64,000 bases of DNA from an uncultured Chloroflexia bacterium. GTDB taxonomy: Bacteria > Chloroflexota > Limnocylindria > Limnocylindrales > CSP1-4. This document shows, piece by piece, positions 20,741 through 31,535 of the stretch. The translations under genes and the position numbers were made by a program. The notes beneath the pieces were generated by a model. The model was not told where the DNA came from and made no database searches. It saw only the letters and a program-made list of their open reading frames with translations. Position 1 is the stretch's first letter. Each line of letters begins with the position of its first letter. The stretch lies in the NCBI GenBank assembly GCA_963828165.1, contig CAWHDR010000001.1:1728001-1792000 (forward strand). Direction: 5' to 3'.

Positions 20741-21640
20741 CTATTCGGTCTTCACGGCATGACCGCCGAACTCGTTGCGCAGGGCGGCCAGCACCTTGCC
20801 CGTGTACGAATCGTCCTGGCGGGACCGGAAGCGGGTCAGCAGCGACAGCGTGATCACGGGCGCCGGCACGTCCTTGTCGATCGCCTCCTGGACCGTCCAG
20901 CGGCCCTCGCCGGAGTCCGCCACCCAGCCCTTGAGATGTTCCAGGTCGCGGCCGTTGGCCTCGAACGCCCGGCCCAGCAGCTCGAGCAACCACGACCGCA
21001 CGACCGAGCCCTGCATCCACAGCGCCGAGATGCCCGCGAGATCGAGGTCGTAGTCGCTCGCGTGCATGATCTCGAAACCCTCGGCATAGGCCTGCATGAG
21101 GCCGTATTCGATGCCGTTGTGGACCATCTTCACGTAGTGGCCGGCGCCCGGACCGCCGACGTGCAGGTAGCCGCCCTTCGGAGCGAGGGTCGTGAAGATG
21201 GGCTCGAGCGCCGTGACCGGCTCCTTGTCTCCCCCGACCATCAGACAGTAGCCGAGCTCCAGCCCCCAGATGCCACCCGACGTCCCCGCGTCGACATAGG
21301 CGATGCCCTTGGCCTTGAGCGCCTCGTGCCGGCGGACGTCGTCATGGAAGTTGGTGTTGCCGCCGTCGATGATCGTGTCACCCGGCTCGAGGTGCTCGAG
21401 CAGCTCCTCGATCTGCGCCTCGGTCGCATCGCCGGCCGGGACCATCACCCAGACCGCGCGCGGCTTCTCGAGCTTGGAGACCAGCTCTTCGATCGAGTAG
21501 GACGGGATGGCGCCCTCGCCGGCGATCTCGGTGGTCTTCTCCGGCGTGCGGTTGTAGACGACGACCTCCTGGCCGTCGCGGATGAGCCGGCGGACCATGT
21601 TGGCCCCCATCCGGCCCAGACCGATGAACCCGATGCGCAT
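20741..21640 (-). CDS. gnd: 6-phosphogluconate dehydrogenase (decarboxylating, short type)
   Basis: GLGRMG, DGGN, SGG, GHYVKMVHNGIEYG, FGGHAVK. Confidence 0.95.
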   Translation of the reverse strand: MRIGFIGLGRMGANMVRRLIRDGQEVVVYNRTPEKTTEIAGEGAIPSYSIEELVSKLEKPRAVWVMVPAGDATEAQIEELLEHLEPGDTIIDGGNTNFHDDVRRHEALKAKGIAYVDAGTSGGIWGLELGYCLMVGGDKEPVTALEPIFTTLAPKGGYLHVGGPGAGHYVKMVHNGIEYGLMQAYAEGFEIMHASDYDLDLAGISALWMQGSVVRSWLLELLGRAFEANGRDLEHLKGWVADSGEGRWTVQEAIDKDVPAPVITLSLLTRFRSRQDDSYTGKVLAALRNEFGGHAVKTE

Positions 21641-21645
21641 GGGGA

Positions 21646-23370
21646 TCAACCCTCCGAGGTCGTGCGAAGCGCGGCTTCGAGCGCGCGCTCCAGGGCGGCG
21701 AGGCCGGCGTCGGGATCGGCGCCGAGGTGGACCCGCAGGATGGACAGCTCGTGGCTCTCGAGTGCCGCGAAGTCGCCGTCGGCCTGGGCGTCGATGAGCT
21801 GGCCGAAGGTGTACGGCCAGCCGGGAATCTCACGGTCGTCGGGGTGATCGGCCGTCAGCTGGAGGAACTTGCCGATCGGGGGGCCGCCCTTATGCAGCTG
21901 GCCGGTCGAGTGGAGGAAGCGGGGGCCATAGCCGGCGGTCGTGGCGACCTGCGTCGCGTCACGCAGCATGGCGCGGATCCGGGTGAACGCCTCGTCGCGC
22001 GGGGGGGTCGGCGCGATGAACGCTTGCAGGGCGATGTAGGCCCTGGTCGGTCGGCCGATGTGCGAGGCGAGCATCGACGTCAGCGTCGGGTCCGTGACCG
22101 CGAGGCCCTTCGCCGCTGGATCCGCGGCACGGCCGCGACCCGCCTTCGCGAGCACGCTCCGCGTGAGCTCCTTGGCTTCCTCCACGTTGGGCTGGTCGAA
22201 CGGGTCGATGCCCAGGACCACACCGGCGATCGCCGTCGCGACCTCCCAGCGGACGAACTCCCCGCCAAGATCGATCGGGTCGGCCAGCTCGATGCGGATG
22301 ACCGGATGGCCCGCGGCCTCAAGCTGTCCGGCCAGGACGTCCCGGCCACCGTCCGTGCCATCCGTGACTGAAAGCCGGACGAACACGCGGTCCGGGCCGT
22401 AGGCGTCCGCGGCCCCGAGCGGCTCCAGGTCGATCGGGACGATCCCGACCCCATGCTTCCCGGTGCTCTCCGCGATCAACTGCTCGGCCCACGCCCCGAA
22501 GGACGAGATCTCGTCGTCGGCGAGGAAGGTGAGCTTGTCGCGGCCGGCCTTCGCCAGAGTGCCCATCGCGATGCCCAGCGACACGCCGGGATTGCGGCCC
22601 GGATCGGGCTCACGGCAGGCGCCCAGCATGGCCAACGCAGACGCCAGCAGGGCGTCGAGGTCGAGGCCGATGAGCGATGCCGGCACCAGCCCGACATACG
22701 TCAGCGCGCTGTAGCGGCCGCCGATGTCCGGTGGATTGAGGAACACCTCCCGGAAGTCGTCGTGGTGGGGGATCGCCTCGAGGCTCTTGCCGGGATCGGT
22801 GATCACGGCCATCAGGCCACCGGGCTTCTCATAGACGTGGTGCTTGACCTTGTCGAGCTCCTTGTCGGCGAGGTCCCAGAAGTACTCGAGGAACGCGTTG
22901 GGCTCGGTCGTGGTGCCGGACTTGCTGGCGATGATGACCAGCGTCTTGAGCGGGTCCAGGTCGTCGAAGACGGCCGCCACTGCCGCGGGGTCCGTTGAAT
23001 CGAGGATGCGCAGGTCCAGGTATCCCTCCTGGGACCCGAACGTCCGGTGCAGCACGTCCGGCGCGAGGCTGCTGCCGCCCATCCCGGCCACGACAGCCGT
23101 CGTGAATCCGGCCTGCACGATGCCGTCGCCGAACCCTTCGAGCCCCGCGACGTTGTCGGCGAAGTCCACCGGTGCCTCCAGCCAGCCGAGCCGCTCCGCG
23201 ATCGACTTCTGGACTGCCGGATCGTCCGACCACAGCGTCACGTCGCGATCGAACAGCCGAGTCGCCCATTCGTCGGCCCGTGCCCCCTCCACGGCCGCGT
23301 CGTAGGCGGCGGTCGCATCACCGAGCGCGAAGCCCGGGGCACGGACGGAGGTCGACGTGGGATCGGTCAT
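21646..23370 (-). CDS. pgi: Glucose-6-phosphate isomerase (type resembling the C-terminal half of Tal-Pgi fusions)
   Basis: RLGWL, GMGGSSL, SKSGTT, GGRYSA, QLIAESTGK, FDQPNVE, HSTGQLHKGG. Confidence 0.9.
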   Translation of the reverse strand: MTDPTSTSVRAPGFALGDATAAYDAAVEGARADEWATRLFDRDVTLWSDDPAVQKSIAERLGWLEAPVDFADNVAGLEGFGDGIVQAGFTTAVVAGMGGSSLAPDVLHRTFGSQEGYLDLRILDSTDPAAVAAVFDDLDPLKTLVIIASKSGTTTEPNAFLEYFWDLADKELDKVKHHVYEKPGGLMAVITDPGKSLEAIPHHDDFREVFLNPPDIGGRYSALTYVGLVPASLIGLDLDALLASALAMLGACREPDPGRNPGVSLGIAMGTLAKAGRDKLTFLADDEISSFGAWAEQLIAESTGKHGVGIVPIDLEPLGAADAYGPDRVFVRLSVTDGTDGGRDVLAGQLEAAGHPVIRIELADPIDLGGEFVRWEVATAIAGVVLGIDPFDQPNVEEAKELTRSVLAKAGRGRAADPAAKGLAVTDPTLTSMLASHIGRPTRAYIALQAFIAPTPPRDEAFTRIRAMLRDATQVATTAGYGPRFLHSTGQLHKGGPPIGKFLQLTADHPDDREIPGWPYTFGQLIDAQADGDFAALESHELSILRVHLGADPDAGLAALERALEAALRTTSEG

Positions 23371-23483
23371 CGTGGCCTCCGAGCGAGGATGGTCAGCTGG
23401 GGTCGTCCATGGTACGACGGCCCGCGGGTCGCGAGTCACCCGACGTCGGCGCCCCGTCCCTCCCGCCACCGACCTTGGCGCCA

Positions 23484-23597
23484 GCAGCGTTCCAACCGGC
23501 CACCGAACCGCCCAAATCTGGAGATCAGCGGTCAATCTGGAACGCTGCATGCCCCCATTCGGCGCCGAAAGGGCCTTCGGCGGTCCGCTGGAACGCT
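23484..23597. repeat. Intergenic inverted repeat GCAGCGTTCCA/TGGAACGCTGC plus a third partial copy
   Basis: Arms 23484-94 and 23538-48; TGGAACGCT again at 23589-97. Confidence 0.55.
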
Positions 23598-23638
23598 CGT
23601 GGTTCCAAGCTGGGACACGGGCGCGAGTGCGAGCCCGC

Positions 23639-24097
23639 CTACTCCCCAGCCGCCTCGATCGCGAAGACCTTGGCGAGCCGCCGCTGGTGGCGCGGCTCAC
23701 CGCTGAAACCGGCGCCGAGGAACGCGATCGCGCACTCGTACGCGGGTTCGGGGCCGATGACGCGGGCGCCCAGCGTCAGCACATTCATGTCGTCGTGCTC
23801 CACGCCCTGGTGCGCGGAATACGTGTCATGGCAGACCGCCGAGCGGATGCCGCGCATCTTGTTCGCGGCCACGCTGGCACCGACGCCCGAGCCACAGATC
23901 AGGATCCCGCGGTCCGCCTCGCCGCGCTGGATCGCCTCACCCAGGCGCTGCGCGAAGTCCGGGTAGTCGTCGTTCGGGTCGGAACCGTCGCCACCCAGAT
24001 CGATGAGGTCGTGACCGAGGCCGGCGTCGCCGAGCCGGCGCAGCAGCGCGTCCTTGAGCTCGGCCCCGGCATGGTCGGCGGAGAGAGCGATGCGCAT
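23639..24097 (-). CDS. rpiB: Ribose-5-phosphate isomerase B
   Basis: ADHAG, DYPD, CGSGVG, ANK, HDDMNVL. Confidence 0.95.
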   Translation of the reverse strand: MRIALSADHAGAELKDALLRRLGDAGLGHDLIDLGGDGSDPNDDYPDFAQRLGEAIQRGEADRGILICGSGVGASVAANKMRGIRSAVCHDTYSAHQGVEHDDMNVLTLGARVIGPEPAYECAIAFLGAGFSGEPRHQRRLAKVFAIEAAGE

Positions 24098-24164
24098 GAG
24101 GCAAGGATAGCGGCCCGCGGTATCGGAACCTGCGAGACGCCGCGGAAACCGCTTCCGACAGGTG

Positions 24165-24321
24165 CCGACGTGCACCCCACGACGCTAACGTCGATCGGAG
24201 TCGATTTGGACGACCCAATCGACCTCGGTGATCGCTCGGCCGTGCATCAGGTGCACAAACGCGGAACGAACGGGTGGCGTCGGCCGTTTGTTCGCGGATA
24301 GGGTCACCACGTGCACGTCGG
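24165..24321. repeat. ~157 bp structured element with 11 bp terminal inverted repeats
   Basis: CCGACGTGCAC (24165-75) / GTGCACGTCGG (24311-21) enclosing two internal hairpins. Confidence 0.55.
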
Positions 24322-24404
24322 GTCAGTTTCCCGATGGGCCCGATCGCGGCCCCCGCTGGCGCCCGCGCGGGCCGGCGCCAGACCGGAGACCGGCCCAAAA
24401 GCGA

Positions 24405-26540
24405 TCAGCTGTGCCCGGGATCCGAGCTTGCGGTGCGGCCGACGCCGGCCTCACCGGCGTCCAGCGTCGGGTGCCCGCCCATGTGCCCGAAGTGACCGCC
24501 CTCGACCGTCGGGATGCGGCCGCGCAGGCCGTCGCGCACGACGCGCCGGCCGATGTCCGTGACACGCTCCGCGGTGAAGCCCAACTTCTCGAAGATCGTA
24601 CCGGCCGGTGCGGAGGCGCCGAAGTGATCGAGGCCGACGATCGCACCCTCGTCACCGACCCAGCGCTCCCAGCCGAGCGACACGCCGACCTCGACGCTGA
24701 CGCGCTTGCGGACGGCCGGCGGCAGGACCAAATCGCGGTACGCCTGGTCCTGGAGGTCGAACGTCTCCCAGCAGGGCATCGACACGACTCGCGCCCGGAT
24801 GCCGTCCGCCTCGAGCGCCTCGGCGGCCGCGAACGCGAGCTGCAGCTCAGAGCCCGTGGCGATGAAGATCAGCTCCGGGTCCCCGTCACCCTTTGCCTCG
24901 CGCAGGACATAGGCGCCGCGTTGCAGGCCCTCGCGAGCGTTCTTGGCCGTGCCCGCGAGTACCGGGAGCTTCTGCCGGGTGAGGGCCAGCGCCACCGGGC
25001 CGTCGCGCCGCTCGACGGCGAGTGCCCAGGCCGCCGCCGTCTCGTTGGCGTCGCCGGGTCGCACGAACCAGAGATTGGGGATCGCCCGCAGGGCGGCGTA
25101 GTGCTCGACCGGCTCGTGGGTCGGCCCGTCCTCACCCAGGCCCACCGAGTCGTGCGTCCAGACGTGGATGACGTGGAGTCCGGCCAGCGCGCCCAGCCGG
25201 ACCGCCCCGCGCATGTAATCGCTGAACGTCAGGAAGGTCGCGTCGTACGGGATGAACCCGCCGTGATAGGCGATGCCGTTGGCGATGCCACCCATGCCGT
25301 GCTCGCGAACGCCGAAGCGCAGGTTCCGACCGGGCTCGTCGGCGCTGAAGTTGGGCTCGCCCTTCACATCCGTAAGGTTGGATTCCGAGAGGTCGGCGGC
25401 GCCGCCGAACAGCTCGGGGACGGAGCCCGCGAGGGCCTGGATCGCCTCCTGTGACGCGTTCCTGGTCGCGACTTCGGTGCCGGTGTCGTACGTCTTGAGG
25501 TCAGTGTCCCAGCCGTCCGAGAGCTCCCCGGCGAGGCGCCGCCGGAAGGTCGCGGCGAGTCGCGGATGGGCCGCCTCGTACGCATCCAGCCGACCCTCCC
25601 ATTCCTTGACCAGGTCCTTGCCCGCGCCCACGGACTTGCGGAATACGCGGAGCGCGTCCTCAGGGATGTAGAAGCTCTTGTCCGGGTCCCAGCCGTAGGC
25701 CTCCTTGGTGAGGCGAACCTCGTCCGGACCGAGCGGCGCGCCATGCGCCTTCTGCGAATCCTGCTTGTTCGGGCTGCCGAAGCCGATATGCGTCCGGACC
25801 GCGATCAGGCTCGGCCGGTCGTCATGACGCGCCACCTCGATGGCGGCTTCGATCGCCCCGAGGTCGTTTCCGTCCGCGATGGCTTGCGTGTGCCAGCCGT
25901 AGGCGTCGAAGCGCTCGGGCACGTCTTCCGACCAGGCCATCGACGTCGGCCCGTCGAGCTGGATGTGGTTGTCGTCGTACAGGACGATGAGCTTGCCCAG
26001 GTGGAGGTGGCCGGCGAGGCTCGAGGCCTCCGATGCGATGCCCTCCTGGAGGTCGCCGTCCGACGCGATGACGTAGGTCCAGTGGTCGACGATCACGTGC
26101 TCGTCGCGGTTGAACTCGGCCGCCAGCCGGCGCTCGGCGATGGCCATGCCGACGGCATTCGAAAGGCCTTGCCCGAGCGGCCCGGTCGTCGCCTCTACCC
26201 CGGGGGTCAGGCCGTGCTCCGGGTGTCCCGGCGTGCGCGATCCCCACTGGCGGAACAGCTTCAGGTCATCGAGCGACAGGTCGTAGCCGGTCAGGTGAAG
26301 CAGGGAATAGAGCAGCATGCTGGCGTGGCCGGCGGAGAGCACGAAGCGGTCGCGGTCCGGCCACTCTGGGTTCGTCGGGGCGTGTCGCAGGAACCGGGTC
26401 CATAGCGCGTAGGCCATCGGCGCCGCACCCATCGGGGCCCCGGGGTGCCCGGAATTCGCCTGCTGGACAGCGTCCATCGAGAGGGTCCGGATCGTGTCGA
26501 TCGCGAGGCGGTCGAGGTCGGGCGTCACGGCAGCGGTCAT
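24405..26540 (-). CDS. tkt: Transketolase
   Basis: [50 protein letters not shown]. Confidence 0.97.
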   Translation of the reverse strand: MTAAVTPDLDRLAIDTIRTLSMDAVQQANSGHPGAPMGAAPMAYALWTRFLRHAPTNPEWPDRDRFVLSAGHASMLLYSLLHLTGYDLSLDDLKLFRQWGSRTPGHPEHGLTPGVEATTGPLGQGLSNAVGMAIAERRLAAEFNRDEHVIVDHWTYVIASDGDLQEGIASEASSLAGHLHLGKLIVLYDDNHIQLDGPTSMAWSEDVPERFDAYGWHTQAIADGNDLGAIEAAIEVARHDDRPSLIAVRTHIGFGSPNKQDSQKAHGAPLGPDEVRLTKEAYGWDPDKSFYIPEDALRVFRKSVGAGKDLVKEWEGRLDAYEAAHPRLAATFRRRLAGELSDGWDTDLKTYDTGTEVATRNASQEAIQALAGSVPELFGGAADLSESNLTDVKGEPNFSADEPGRNLRFGVREHGMGGIANGIAYHGGFIPYDATFLTFSDYMRGAVRLGALAGLHVIHVWTHDSVGLGEDGPTHEPVEHYAALRAIPNLWFVRPGDANETAAAWALAVERRDGPVALALTRQKLPVLAGTAKNAREGLQRGAYVLREAKGDGDPELIFIATGSELQLAFAAAEALEADGIRARVVSMPCWETFDLQDQAYRDLVLPPAVRKRVSVEVGVSLGWERWVGDEGAIVGLDHFGASAPAGTIFEKLGFTAERVTDIGRRVVRDGLRGRIPTVEGGHFGHMGGHPTLDAGEAGVGRTASSDPGHS

Positions 26541-26642
26541 CGGGCGGGACTCCGGCTCGGGCGGGCAGGTGGAGCGCCATTGTAGGTCGGCCGGCGACAG
26601 GGGCTGAGCGGACCGACGCGTGCGCGCCTATCCTCGGAACCG

Positions 26643-27626
26643 ATGCCGAAGCTGCGCGCCCCGCGCCCTCGCCGACCCGGCCGTCCGTCCCGTCGCGCCA
26701 CCCCGGGACCGGCGCGCATCGTGGTGCTTGGCGACCTCCTGCTCGATGTCGTCGTCGCCCCGGCGCGGGCGCTCGAGCGCGCGACCGATGTCCCCGGTCG
26801 GGTCTCGCTCGTCCAGGGCGGATCGGCAGCGAACGCAGCACGCTGGCTCGCGCGCCTCGGGGCAAGGACGACGCTCATCGCGGCCGTTGGCCGGGACGCA
26901 GTGGGCCGTTCCCTTGTCGACGCCCTGCGAAGTGACGGCGTCCAGGCGCGGGTCGTCCGCGTGGCCGGGGCGCGGACCGGTCGCATCGGCGTCATCGTCG
27001 CGTCCGACGGCGAGCGGTCATTCGTGGCGGACCGCGGCGCCGCGCTCCAGCTGCGGCCGGAGGACGTGCGAGCCCAATGGTTCACCCGGGCCGACGGGCT
27101 GCACCTGCCGATGTACTCGTTCTTGGGCGAACCGCTGGGCGAGGCAGCCCGTCGGGCCGTGGCGGTGGCCCGCGAGGCGGGCGCGTTCGTCAGCATCGAC
27201 CTGGCATCGATCGGCCCGCTGCTGGAGCTTGGACGTCCCGCGGTGGTGGCGCTCATCAAGGAGGTCGCGCCGGACCTGATCTTCGCGACCGCAGTCGAGG
27301 CGCAGGCCCTCCTGGGCGCCAGCGTAAGCGACAGCCTGCTCGACCACGCGTCGGTCGTCGTCGTGAAGCGCGGCCCGCAAGGAGCCACCGTCCTCGCCCG
27401 AGACGGCGCGGCGAACCTCCGGTTCGAAGTCGCGACCGAACACCGCATCGCCGCCGACACGACGGGCGCCGGCGACGCCTTCGATGCGGGCTTCCTGGTC
27501 GGCTGGTTCGCCGCCCGCGCCGCCGGCCGCTCCCTCCCAGCCGCCCTCCAACGAGCCGCCGTCACAGGCCACCGAGCAGCCGCCCGCCAGTTATCGACGC
27601 CACGCTCCGAATTGCCGCTGGGGTAA
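26643..27626 (+). CDS. PfkB-family carbohydrate/nucleoside kinase (candidate pseudouridine kinase)
   Basis: GGSAANAA and DTTGAGDAF motifs; psuG 4 kb away. Confidence 0.88.
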   Translation: MPKLRAPRPRRPGRPSRRATPGPARIVVLGDLLLDVVVAPARALERATDVPGRVSLVQGGSAANAARWLARLGARTTLIAAVGRDAVGRSLVDALRSDGVQARVVRVAGARTGRIGVIVASDGERSFVADRGAALQLRPEDVRAQWFTRADGLHLPMYSFLGEPLGEAARRAVAVAREAGAFVSIDLASIGPLLELGRPAVVALIKEVAPDLIFATAVEAQALLGASVSDSLLDHASVVVVKRGPQGATVLARDGAANLRFEVATEHRIAADTTGAGDAFDAGFLVGWFAARAAGRSLPAALQRAAVTGHRAAARQLSTPRSELPLG

Positions 27627-27648
27627 GAGTCCAATCCGGCCAGAGTCG

Positions 27649-27689
27649 GCGAGCGGACGCCAGGCGACGGCCCGGGGACAGGACCCGCC
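27649..27689. repeat. Dispersed ~40 bp intergenic repeat (copy 2, inverted)
   Basis: Reverse-complement match to 4718-4757; lies between convergent genes. Confidence 0.75.
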
Positions 27690-27699
27690 GAGGACGACC

Positions 27700-29307
27700 C
27701 TACGACCCCCGCGTGATCCGGACGTCGTCGATCTCGACCTCGACCAGGCTGTTGCTCCCGCCATCGACCGCCGCGAAGTGGATGCGGACCGACTGGCCGG
27801 CCCACGCGTCGACGGAGGCCGCGATGGATCGCCATACGCCATCGACGTCGGCCGGCTTGGCGGTCAGCGTGATGACCGGGTGACGGGTGCCGTCCGAGGT
27901 CTCGATGCTGGCGACCAGTCGATCGGCGGAGGTCGAGTTCGCGCCGTGGGCGAGCACATACCGGAAGAACAGCCGCTGGCCCGGCGCGGTGGACAGCCGG
28001 ATCGCCGGGCTCCGCAGCGAGGTCCGCCCGTCGAGGTCGTTCGCATTCGCCGAGGTTCCGGCGCCGCCACCCGTCACGAACGCGCGTGATCCCGACGGGA
28101 CGTTCGTCAGCTGCTTCGCGCCGCTCGATGACGTCGCCGCCGGGTTCGCACGGGAGAACTTGCCGCTCGTCGCCGTGTCGGTCCCGTCGGGGTCGTAGGT
28201 CCAGCCGCGAAACACCTCGAGGTCGTCGTCGAACGCGCCGCAGCGCGCCAGCCGAACCTGCTCGCCCAGGACGCTGAGCGGGCACGAGGCGCGCTCGGCG
28301 AGGTACAGGACGGCTTCCTTGTTCCGGCCCGTTTCGCTCGAGATCTTCGAGTCGTCCGGGTATTCGGTGACGGACAGCTCGAACGTGTACGAATAGGTCC
28401 GATACATTCCGTACAGGAAGTCGCGCGTCGTGCCGGAGGTGATGTAGAGGCTGCTCGCCTGGATCGGTCGGTAGCCGTTGCTCGCCGCCATCTTCTTGCC
28501 GATGGCGACGAGCGCGTCGTGATCGGCGCGGGTCATGTCACTCGGGATGTCGGTGTACGTGTAGCCGTACGGCCACATGACGAGCCTTCCGGACTCATGG
28601 AACGAGACGGCGACCCTGATCTGCTGGCGCCCGCCGATGACGCGGCTGGCCAGGAAGTCGCGGACGGCGCGGGCCTCCGGCGTCGAAAGGGCCTTCGTCC
28701 CGCGGTACGTGATGGCCTGTGGGTTCGAGCTCGTACGACCGCCACCGCCCCAGCGGTACCCGTAGTTCCGGTTGAGATCCGTCCCGGTATGCGGCGTTCC
28801 CGGCGTGGGCTGGCGGTTCTTGCGCCAGTGGTGGAACTTGCCGCCGGAGATGTCGTGTTCGGCGCCGTCCGGGTTGGCGAGGAAGATGATCCAGATCTCG
28901 CGGGTGTTCACGATGTTCCTGATGCGCGTGGTCGTGCTGTAGCCGTCGGTCAGCCAGCGCATGACCTTGAGGGCCAGCTCGACGCCCATGTGCTCATCGG
29001 CGTGGTGACCGCCCTCGTACAGGACTTCGGGCTCAGCCTCGTCGATGCCGACGTGGTCCGAGATCTTCATCGCCCAGATCTCGCGGCCTTGGTAGCTCTT
29101 GCCGACGCTGAAGCGCTTGGCGATGTCTGGGTGGGCGGTTTCGACCGCCTTTGCGGCGGCCGCGACCTCGGCGTAGGTGTGATAGCCCGAGAAACCAGCC
29201 GGGAATTCATCGGCGCCGAGCGCCGTCGAGGGCAGGATCAAGAGCGCGGCGAGGGCGAACGCCGTCGCGGCGCCGCGCGGGGAGGCCAAACGGGGGAAGG
29301 TCGGCAT
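27700..29307 (-). CDS. Secreted M14 zinc carboxypeptidase (carboxypeptidase T-like) with C-terminal beta domain
   Basis: Signal peptide, HADE, NPDG, WRKNR, DLNRN, SFH, TFEL. Confidence 0.9.
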   Translation of the reverse strand: MPTFPRLASPRGAATAFALAALLILPSTALGADEFPAGFSGYHTYAEVAAAAKAVETAHPDIAKRFSVGKSYQGREIWAMKISDHVGIDEAEPEVLYEGGHHADEHMGVELALKVMRWLTDGYSTTTRIRNIVNTREIWIIFLANPDGAEHDISGGKFHHWRKNRQPTPGTPHTGTDLNRNYGYRWGGGGRTSSNPQAITYRGTKALSTPEARAVRDFLASRVIGGRQQIRVAVSFHESGRLVMWPYGYTYTDIPSDMTRADHDALVAIGKKMAASNGYRPIQASSLYITSGTTRDFLYGMYRTYSYTFELSVTEYPDDSKISSETGRNKEAVLYLAERASCPLSVLGEQVRLARCGAFDDDLEVFRGWTYDPDGTDTATSGKFSRANPAATSSSGAKQLTNVPSGSRAFVTGGGAGTSANANDLDGRTSLRSPAIRLSTAPGQRLFFRYVLAHGANSTSADRLVASIETSDGTRHPVITLTAKPADVDGVWRSIAASVDAWAGQSVRIHFAAVDGGSNSLVEVEIDDVRITRGS

Positions 29308-29389
29308 GTCGCGCATCGTGCGCCCGCGAGGTGCATCGGCACACCGGCGAGTTGGGGCCAGCGGCACCCGGCGAACGTCCCATGCGCCC

Positions 29390-31501
29390 TCAGCGCAGGT
29401 GGCGGTCGAACCAGTCGAGCATCCTGGTCATCCGGTCGATCCGGCGGTCCGGCCGGCCCGCCGAGGCGTATACGTGCGACTCCTCCGGGTAGAGGACGTA
29501 CTCGACCTCGCGACCCAGCTGGCGCAGCGCGACGAACAGCTGCTCGTTGTCTGCGGCCGGGCAGCGCAGGTCGGACTCGGCCTGGAGGATCAACAGCGGC
29601 GTTCGGATCGACGCCACGTTGCGGAGCGGTGACTGCCGCCAGAGCTTGTCGATGCCCTCGGGGCTCAACGGATCGCCCATGAGCGACGCGCGGGTGTACT
29701 CGGGGCCGCTGTCGGAATTGGCCCAGCTCGCGATCTGGTTCGTGACGCCGTTTTCGGAGACCCCGGCCTTGAACCGGTCCGTCGTGCCGACCAGCCAATT
29801 GACCATGAAGCCGCCGTAGCTCAGGCCAACGATCCCGAGACGCTCCGGATCGGCGAGGCCAAGCTCGACGACGTGATCGACGGCGGCGTGGACGTCGGCG
29901 GCATCCACCCCGCCCCAGTCGCCCATCTGCGGCCGGATCCAGGCCCGGCCGTACGTCGCCGAACCGCGGATGTTCGGGAGGACCACGCGGTAGCCGGCGG
30001 CGACGAGCAGGAACACCTCGATGTGCGGAGCCGGTGCCCAGGCGCCAAGCGGCCCCCCGTGGACGTCCACCACCGTGGGGAGGGTCTCCCCGCCGGCACC
30101 GGGCGGGGAAGCGATCCAGGTCTCGATGGGCCCGGCTGGGCCTGGCACGTCGAGGAGCCGCATCTCCGGCATCGGGTAGCGGTCCTGCCAGGCCGAGCCG
30201 AACGTCGATCGACGACGGGGGTCGGCCGGGTCGGAATCGTTGGTCGTGTACAGGTCCATGGCGCTCGTGCCGTTGGTGGCGAGAAAGGCGATGTGCGGCG
30301 CTTCCGCCGTCCCGGCGGCGACGGCGATCGTGTGCGTCGTCAGGTCGCCCGTCGCCGCCACCGTCCGATCCACGAGACGGCCGGTCTTGGCGTCGACCGT
30401 GTAGACGTGCGGCTGGGCGCGCCCCCGGTCCGAGACGGTCGCGACGAGGCGGCGATCATCGACCCATGCCGGCCCGTGACGGCCGTTGACCATCCAGCCA
30501 TTGAGGTCCGTGTCCGTCCAGTTGCCGATCGGGCGATCGAGCTCCGGGTCGAGGCCGTGCGGCCGGCCCGAGCCGTCGCCTGGGCCCAGGAGGATGTCGG
30601 GCATGAGATCGTCGAGTGGCTCCGGTTCCAGCACGCCGATCGCAGCGATCCAGCGGCCGTCCGGCGACCACGCCGCGTGGTTCGCCCAGCCGCCGGGCGC
30701 GAGGATCTCGCGTGGTTCGGCGGCCGCGTCGGCGGCGCCGCCGCCACGCTTCGGGGTACCGGCGACGTCCACCGCCCAGATCGTGGTCCGGGGATGCAGG
30801 TCGGCCTGGGGGCCGCGGTCGGCGGTGAAGGCGATCGAACGGCCGCCCGGATGCCAGGCGATGTCCGAGACGCCCCAGTCCCCGCTCGTCACCTGGTGCG
30901 GCTTTCCGTCGCCCCGATCGACGATGAAGAGGTGCGTCCATCGATCGCGATGCCCCTCTTCGTCCCAGCGCCAGTCGGTCCGGGTGATGCGCCGGGCGCG
31001 CGGTGAAGGCGTCTCGGCGACCTTCTCGTTCGATCTGCGCCGCCGGCTGACCGGCGTAGTCGGGCCGACGATGAACCGGGGTGGGTCCACCTCCGCGGTG
31101 AACGCCAGGCGACGGCCGTCGGGTGACCATGCCAGCTCGACGACAGCGCCGTGATCCCCAGTCTTGACGAATCGGACGGGGTGACCGGGCCGCGCCAGAT
31201 CGAGCACCGCGATCCTGGCCGGTGTGTCTTCATCGGTCGGATCCGTTCGCACGAAGGCCACCGTCCGACCGTCGGAGCAGAGACGTGGCCAGGTGTCCCG
31301 CACGGCGCCACGAGTGAGTTGCCGGGGCCGCGGGACCTCGCGGCGTTCGAGGTCGATCGTGAAGAGGTGTCCGTGGTAGCGGTCGCCGTTGATCGAGCGA
31401 CGGACCACGACCGCGAGCCGGCCGTCGGTCGAGAGATCGAGCTCCTCGACCACGACGACGCGGCGGATGTCTTCAGGCGTCATCGGTCGGCGCGCCGGCA
31501 T
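29390..31501 (-). CDS. S9 prolyl oligopeptidase / acylaminoacyl peptidase
   Basis: Propeller repeats (WSPDG), HGGP, GLSYGG, DLRC, EESH. Confidence 0.92.
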   Translation of the reverse strand: MPARRPMTPEDIRRVVVVEELDLSTDGRLAVVVRRSINGDRYHGHLFTIDLERREVPRPRQLTRGAVRDTWPRLCSDGRTVAFVRTDPTDEDTPARIAVLDLARPGHPVRFVKTGDHGAVVELAWSPDGRRLAFTAEVDPPRFIVGPTTPVSRRRRSNEKVAETPSPRARRITRTDWRWDEEGHRDRWTHLFIVDRGDGKPHQVTSGDWGVSDIAWHPGGRSIAFTADRGPQADLHPRTTIWAVDVAGTPKRGGGAADAAAEPREILAPGGWANHAAWSPDGRWIAAIGVLEPEPLDDLMPDILLGPGDGSGRPHGLDPELDRPIGNWTDTDLNGWMVNGRHGPAWVDDRRLVATVSDRGRAQPHVYTVDAKTGRLVDRTVAATGDLTTHTIAVAAGTAEAPHIAFLATNGTSAMDLYTTNDSDPADPRRRSTFGSAWQDRYPMPEMRLLDVPGPAGPIETWIASPPGAGGETLPTVVDVHGGPLGAWAPAPHIEVFLLVAAGYRVVLPNIRGSATYGRAWIRPQMGDWGGVDAADVHAAVDHVVELGLADPERLGIVGLSYGGFMVNWLVGTTDRFKAGVSENGVTNQIASWANSDSGPEYTRASLMGDPLSPEGIDKLWRQSPLRNVASIRTPLLILQAESDLRCPAADNEQLFVALRQLGREVEYVLYPEESHVYASAGRPDRRIDRMTRMLDWFDRHLR

Positions 31502-31535
31502 GTGGGCAGGGTAGCGGCGACGCTAGGCTTGCGGC

